Source: a virus (lineage: Duplodnaviria; Caudoviricetes). From it: a stretch of DNA of 64,000 bases. The notes below the pieces were generated by a model that saw only the letters and a list, made by a program, of their open reading frames with translations, was not told the origin of the DNA and made no database searches. The stretch is from IMG/VR virus record IMGVR_UViG_2932480793_000001, positions 1 through 64,000 of that record. One strand, written 5' to 3'. A program made the translations under genes and the position numbers. This document shows positions 62,020-64,000 of this stretch, one piece after another. Position 1 is the first letter of the stretch; each line of letters starts with the position of its first letter.

Positions 62020-62891
62020 GCCGCCGCCTTCGTCCGGTCCCGACGTTCCCCGGCGCGGAGCTCGGTGAGGATGCCCTTGACGGTGGACTCGGCGATGCCC
62101 AGGCGGTGGGCGATCTCGTCCGGAGACACACCAAACTGGTAGAGGTGTTCGACGTCCGCACGGCGGGCAGCTGCGAGTTCGTTTCGGCGGACGGTGCCGT
62201 CGGTTGCCGGTTCGAAGTTGGGGTTGTCGAAGTCGTCGGCATCCCAGTACGCGGACCCGGCCCAGCCCTGTCTCACGGCACGGTTTCGCGCTGTCTTGAT
62301 CTGCCGGGCGGGAAGGTTGTGGTCCTCCGGCCTTTGCCCTGCGAGTTCCTGGTGGAGGAGGCGGACGGCTTCGGCGGTGAACAGGCGGACGACGTCGTTG
62401 CCTTCGCCGCGGGTGAGGTAGCTGACGTAGCCGTCGCCGGTTCCGAGGCGCCGTGTGAGCTCGGTGGCGGGCCATCCGTCGGCGATGAGGGACTGGAGTC
62501 GACGGCGGGTACCGAGCCGGGGGACGTGCGCCCCGTTGCGGGTGGGTTCTCCTCTGTTCTCGGGGATGGGGACGTTGAAGATGCGGGTGGCGGTGGAGTG
62601 GAGGACTGCGGTGTTGTCGCGGATGATCTGGTAGATGTGTGAGGGGCCGAGCTTCGCCGCTGCCTGGATTTCTCCGTCGGTCATGCCGGCCGCGCGGAGT
62701 CGCCAGATCCTGGCGATGACTTTCTCCGGGGGGACGAAGCCGCTGCGGCCGTTGTCGCGGAGGTACTGCCATTTGCGGGCGTCGGCGGTGGCTGCGCTGG
62801 TGCAGGCGGGGAGGCGGCATCCGCGGCGGTAGCAGAGGGTGGTGCCGTGTTCGGCGGGCTTGGGCTTGCGGCCGGGCTTGGTGGCGGTCAT
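62016..62891 (-). CDS. Multi-HTH DNA-binding protein with N-terminal Zn motif
   Basis: HGT..CY..GCRLPAC; GTRRRLQSLIADGW; C-terminal GVSPDEIAHRLGI. Confidence 0.8.
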   Translation of the reverse strand: MTATKPGRKPKPAEHGTTLCYRRGCRLPACTSAATADARKWQYLRDNGRSGFVPPEKVIARIWRLRAAGMTDGEIQAAAKLGPSHIYQIIRDNTAVLHSTATRIFNVPIPENRGEPTRNGAHVPRLGTRRRLQSLIADGWPATELTRRLGTGDGYVSYLTRGEGNDVVRLFTAEAVRLLHQELAGQRPEDHNLPARQIKTARNRAVRQGWAGSAYWDADDFDNPNFEPATDGTVRRNELAAARRADVEHLYQFGVSPDEIAHRLGIAESTVKGILTELRAGERRDRTKAAA

Positions 62892-63229
62892 CGTTCTTCC
62901 CCCTCGTTGGCGAGGTCTGGGGTGGTGTCGTACTTGTTGTCGAGGTACTCGTTGACGGTGTTGTCGCCGAGCGCCATGACGGCGTCGGCACTGTCGGCAA
63001 CACGGCAGAGCCGGAACGCGCGTGCGGTGTACGCGCGTCGGTCGGCCCGGTCCTGGACCGCCTGGTGGTACCGGTCGGCGGCCCACGCGCACACCCGGAA
63101 CGCGGCGATGGTGGCGGTGAGGGCCAGTACACCGGGGCCGTAGAACAGGGCGGCGTTGATGACCTGGTCGACCGCGGTGTGGACCGCGGCGAGCGCTTGG
63201 CCGGCGGCGAGGAGGGTGTCGATGCTCAC
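62888..63229 (-). CDS. Membrane-associated hypothetical protein
   Basis: Overlapping start/stop; one TM helix. Confidence 0.6.
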   Translation of the reverse strand: MSIDTLLAAGQALAAVHTAVDQVINAALFYGPGVLALTATIAAFRVCAWAADRYHQAVQDRADRRAYTARAFRLCRVADSADAVMALGDNTVNEYLDNKYDTTPDLANEGEER

Positions 63230-63408
63230 GTGACCCTCCGCTGCGACCGTTCATTGCGGATCTGGCGGCGGATGCCGCGCTCGAACGCCCACACGTCGCC
63301 CTGATTCACGCCTACTCGGGTGAGCTGCCAACAGATTTCTGTCTTGGCTCGGCCTTGGCGTATACGAGCCTCCAGTTGGCGCAGCAGCTGCTGCCGGACG
63401 GCGCTCAT
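63226..63408 (-). CDS. Small basic protein
   Basis: ATGA overlap; MSAVRQQLLRQLE... Confidence 0.55.
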   Translation of the reverse strand: MSAVRQQLLRQLEARIRQGRAKTEICWQLTRVGVNQGDVWAFERGIRRQIRNERSQRRVT

Positions 63409-63743
63409 GCGGCTGCCTCCCGTCGTGCCGCCGCGGTGCCTTTCCAGGTGCGGACTCCGCTGTGGTGGGTGGTGGGCCGGTCGGAGCAGGCCCATCCGGC
63501 GGTGCGGATGTAGCCCTCGTCGCGGAGGAGCGTGATCAACCTGCCCCAGTGCGCCTGCGGGTTCGGCGGGTTCGGGAGCTTCTTAGCGTCGGCCACCGAG
63601 TAGCAGGTGAAGGTCTTGCCGGTTGCCGCGGCGGCTATGAAGGCGGGCCAGACGATGGCCAGCCACGTCTCGTAGTCGGCGGACTGCTGCTGTGCCGGGT
63701 CGGGGAACGTGCCGTCGAGGAGGGGCTGAATCGGTGTCGTCAT
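63405..63743 (-). CDS. Hypothetical winged-helix-like protein
   Basis: MTTPIQPLLDG...LPNPPNPQAHWGRL...VRTWKGT. Confidence 0.7.
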   Translation of the reverse strand: MTTPIQPLLDGTFPDPAQQQSADYETWLAIVWPAFIAAAATGKTFTCYSVADAKKLPNPPNPQAHWGRLITLLRDEGYIRTAGWACSDRPTTHHSGVRTWKGTAAARREAAA

Positions 63744-63880
63744 GCCCTCTTGCTTACGGTCCGGCACGGACAGATTTGGTTTCACGGCACGTTTCACGAT
63801 CTTGGTCACGGTCTTCCTCCTGCTCAGGCGAGGTGGCCTCGTCCGGCGAACCCGGTCACGCGGCTGTGATCTGCTGGTGG

Positions 63881-63916
63881 TGGGGCAGCCCCGCATTTCG
63901 GGTACGGGGCTGCCCC
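63881..63916. terminator. GC hairpin
   Basis: GGGGCAGCCCCG...CGGGGCTGCCCC. Confidence 0.6.
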
Positions 63917-63930
63917 GAAGTGCGGGTGGG

Positions 63931-64000
63931 CTAGAACGGGACGTCGGCGGGGTCCGGGCCGAGGGTGAGGTCCGTGATGTGCTGCTTGATGGGGTCGCTG
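63931..64000 (-). CDS. 3' end of a gene entering from the right edge
   Basis: ...SDPIKQHITDLTLGPDPADVPF*. Confidence 0.45.
   Translation of the reverse strand, partial: SDPIKQHITDLTLGPDPADVPF

Larger units (their letters stand above)
1..64000. mobile_element. Interior of a temperate actinobacterial siphovirus (prophage or plasmid-phage); boundaries outside the window
   Basis: Terminase, portal, capsid, tail tube, tape measure, lysis and replication genes fill the window. High GC, WhiB and TraB point to a Streptomyces-like host. No integrase or att site seen. Confidence 0.93.

Noticed and set aside
63931-64000. DVPF C-terminus suggesting SSB
   Set aside because: Only 22 residues are visible, and such tails occur on other phage proteins.
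1-64000. tRNA or rRNA genes
   Set aside because: None recognised by eye; a tRNAscan-SE/Infernal run would be needed to exclude them.

Overview
The whole window is the interior of a large, high-GC temperate siphovirus, most likely a Streptomyces-type prophage or plasmid-phage. No integrase, att site or host housekeeping gene is visible, so the element extends past both ends. Read on the minus strand from the right, it contains: an early/replication region (WhiB, a solitary Phd/YefM protein, two C5 DNA methyltransferases, an iteron-bearing initiator, a DnaC-like loader and DnaB); an accessory island (Panacea toxin-antitoxin pair, TRADD-N-associated membrane protein, LexA-like boxes); and an actinomycete conjugation block embedded in the phage genes. 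That block has a second iteron-bearing Rep, GIY-YIG-GntR, a KorSA/TraR-like GntR, a UTRA-only protein, an excisionase-like HTH, Spd-like membrane proteins, a TraB/FtsK translocase and a mirror-symmetric 12-hexamer clt-like array. Next come a packaging block (MuF-terS-terL-portal) facing away from the capsid/tail operon, head and tail genes, a counter-oriented 9-gene cassette, the lysis genes and a GDPD tail-appendage gene that runs off the left edge. The most notable signals are the phage-plus-TraB/clt hybrid, a 17-residue tape-measure N-terminal motif repeated inside an AlpA/excisionase-like protein, and a 15-bp palindrome shared by both late-gene junctions. All family assignments come from motif recognition by eye, not database searches.
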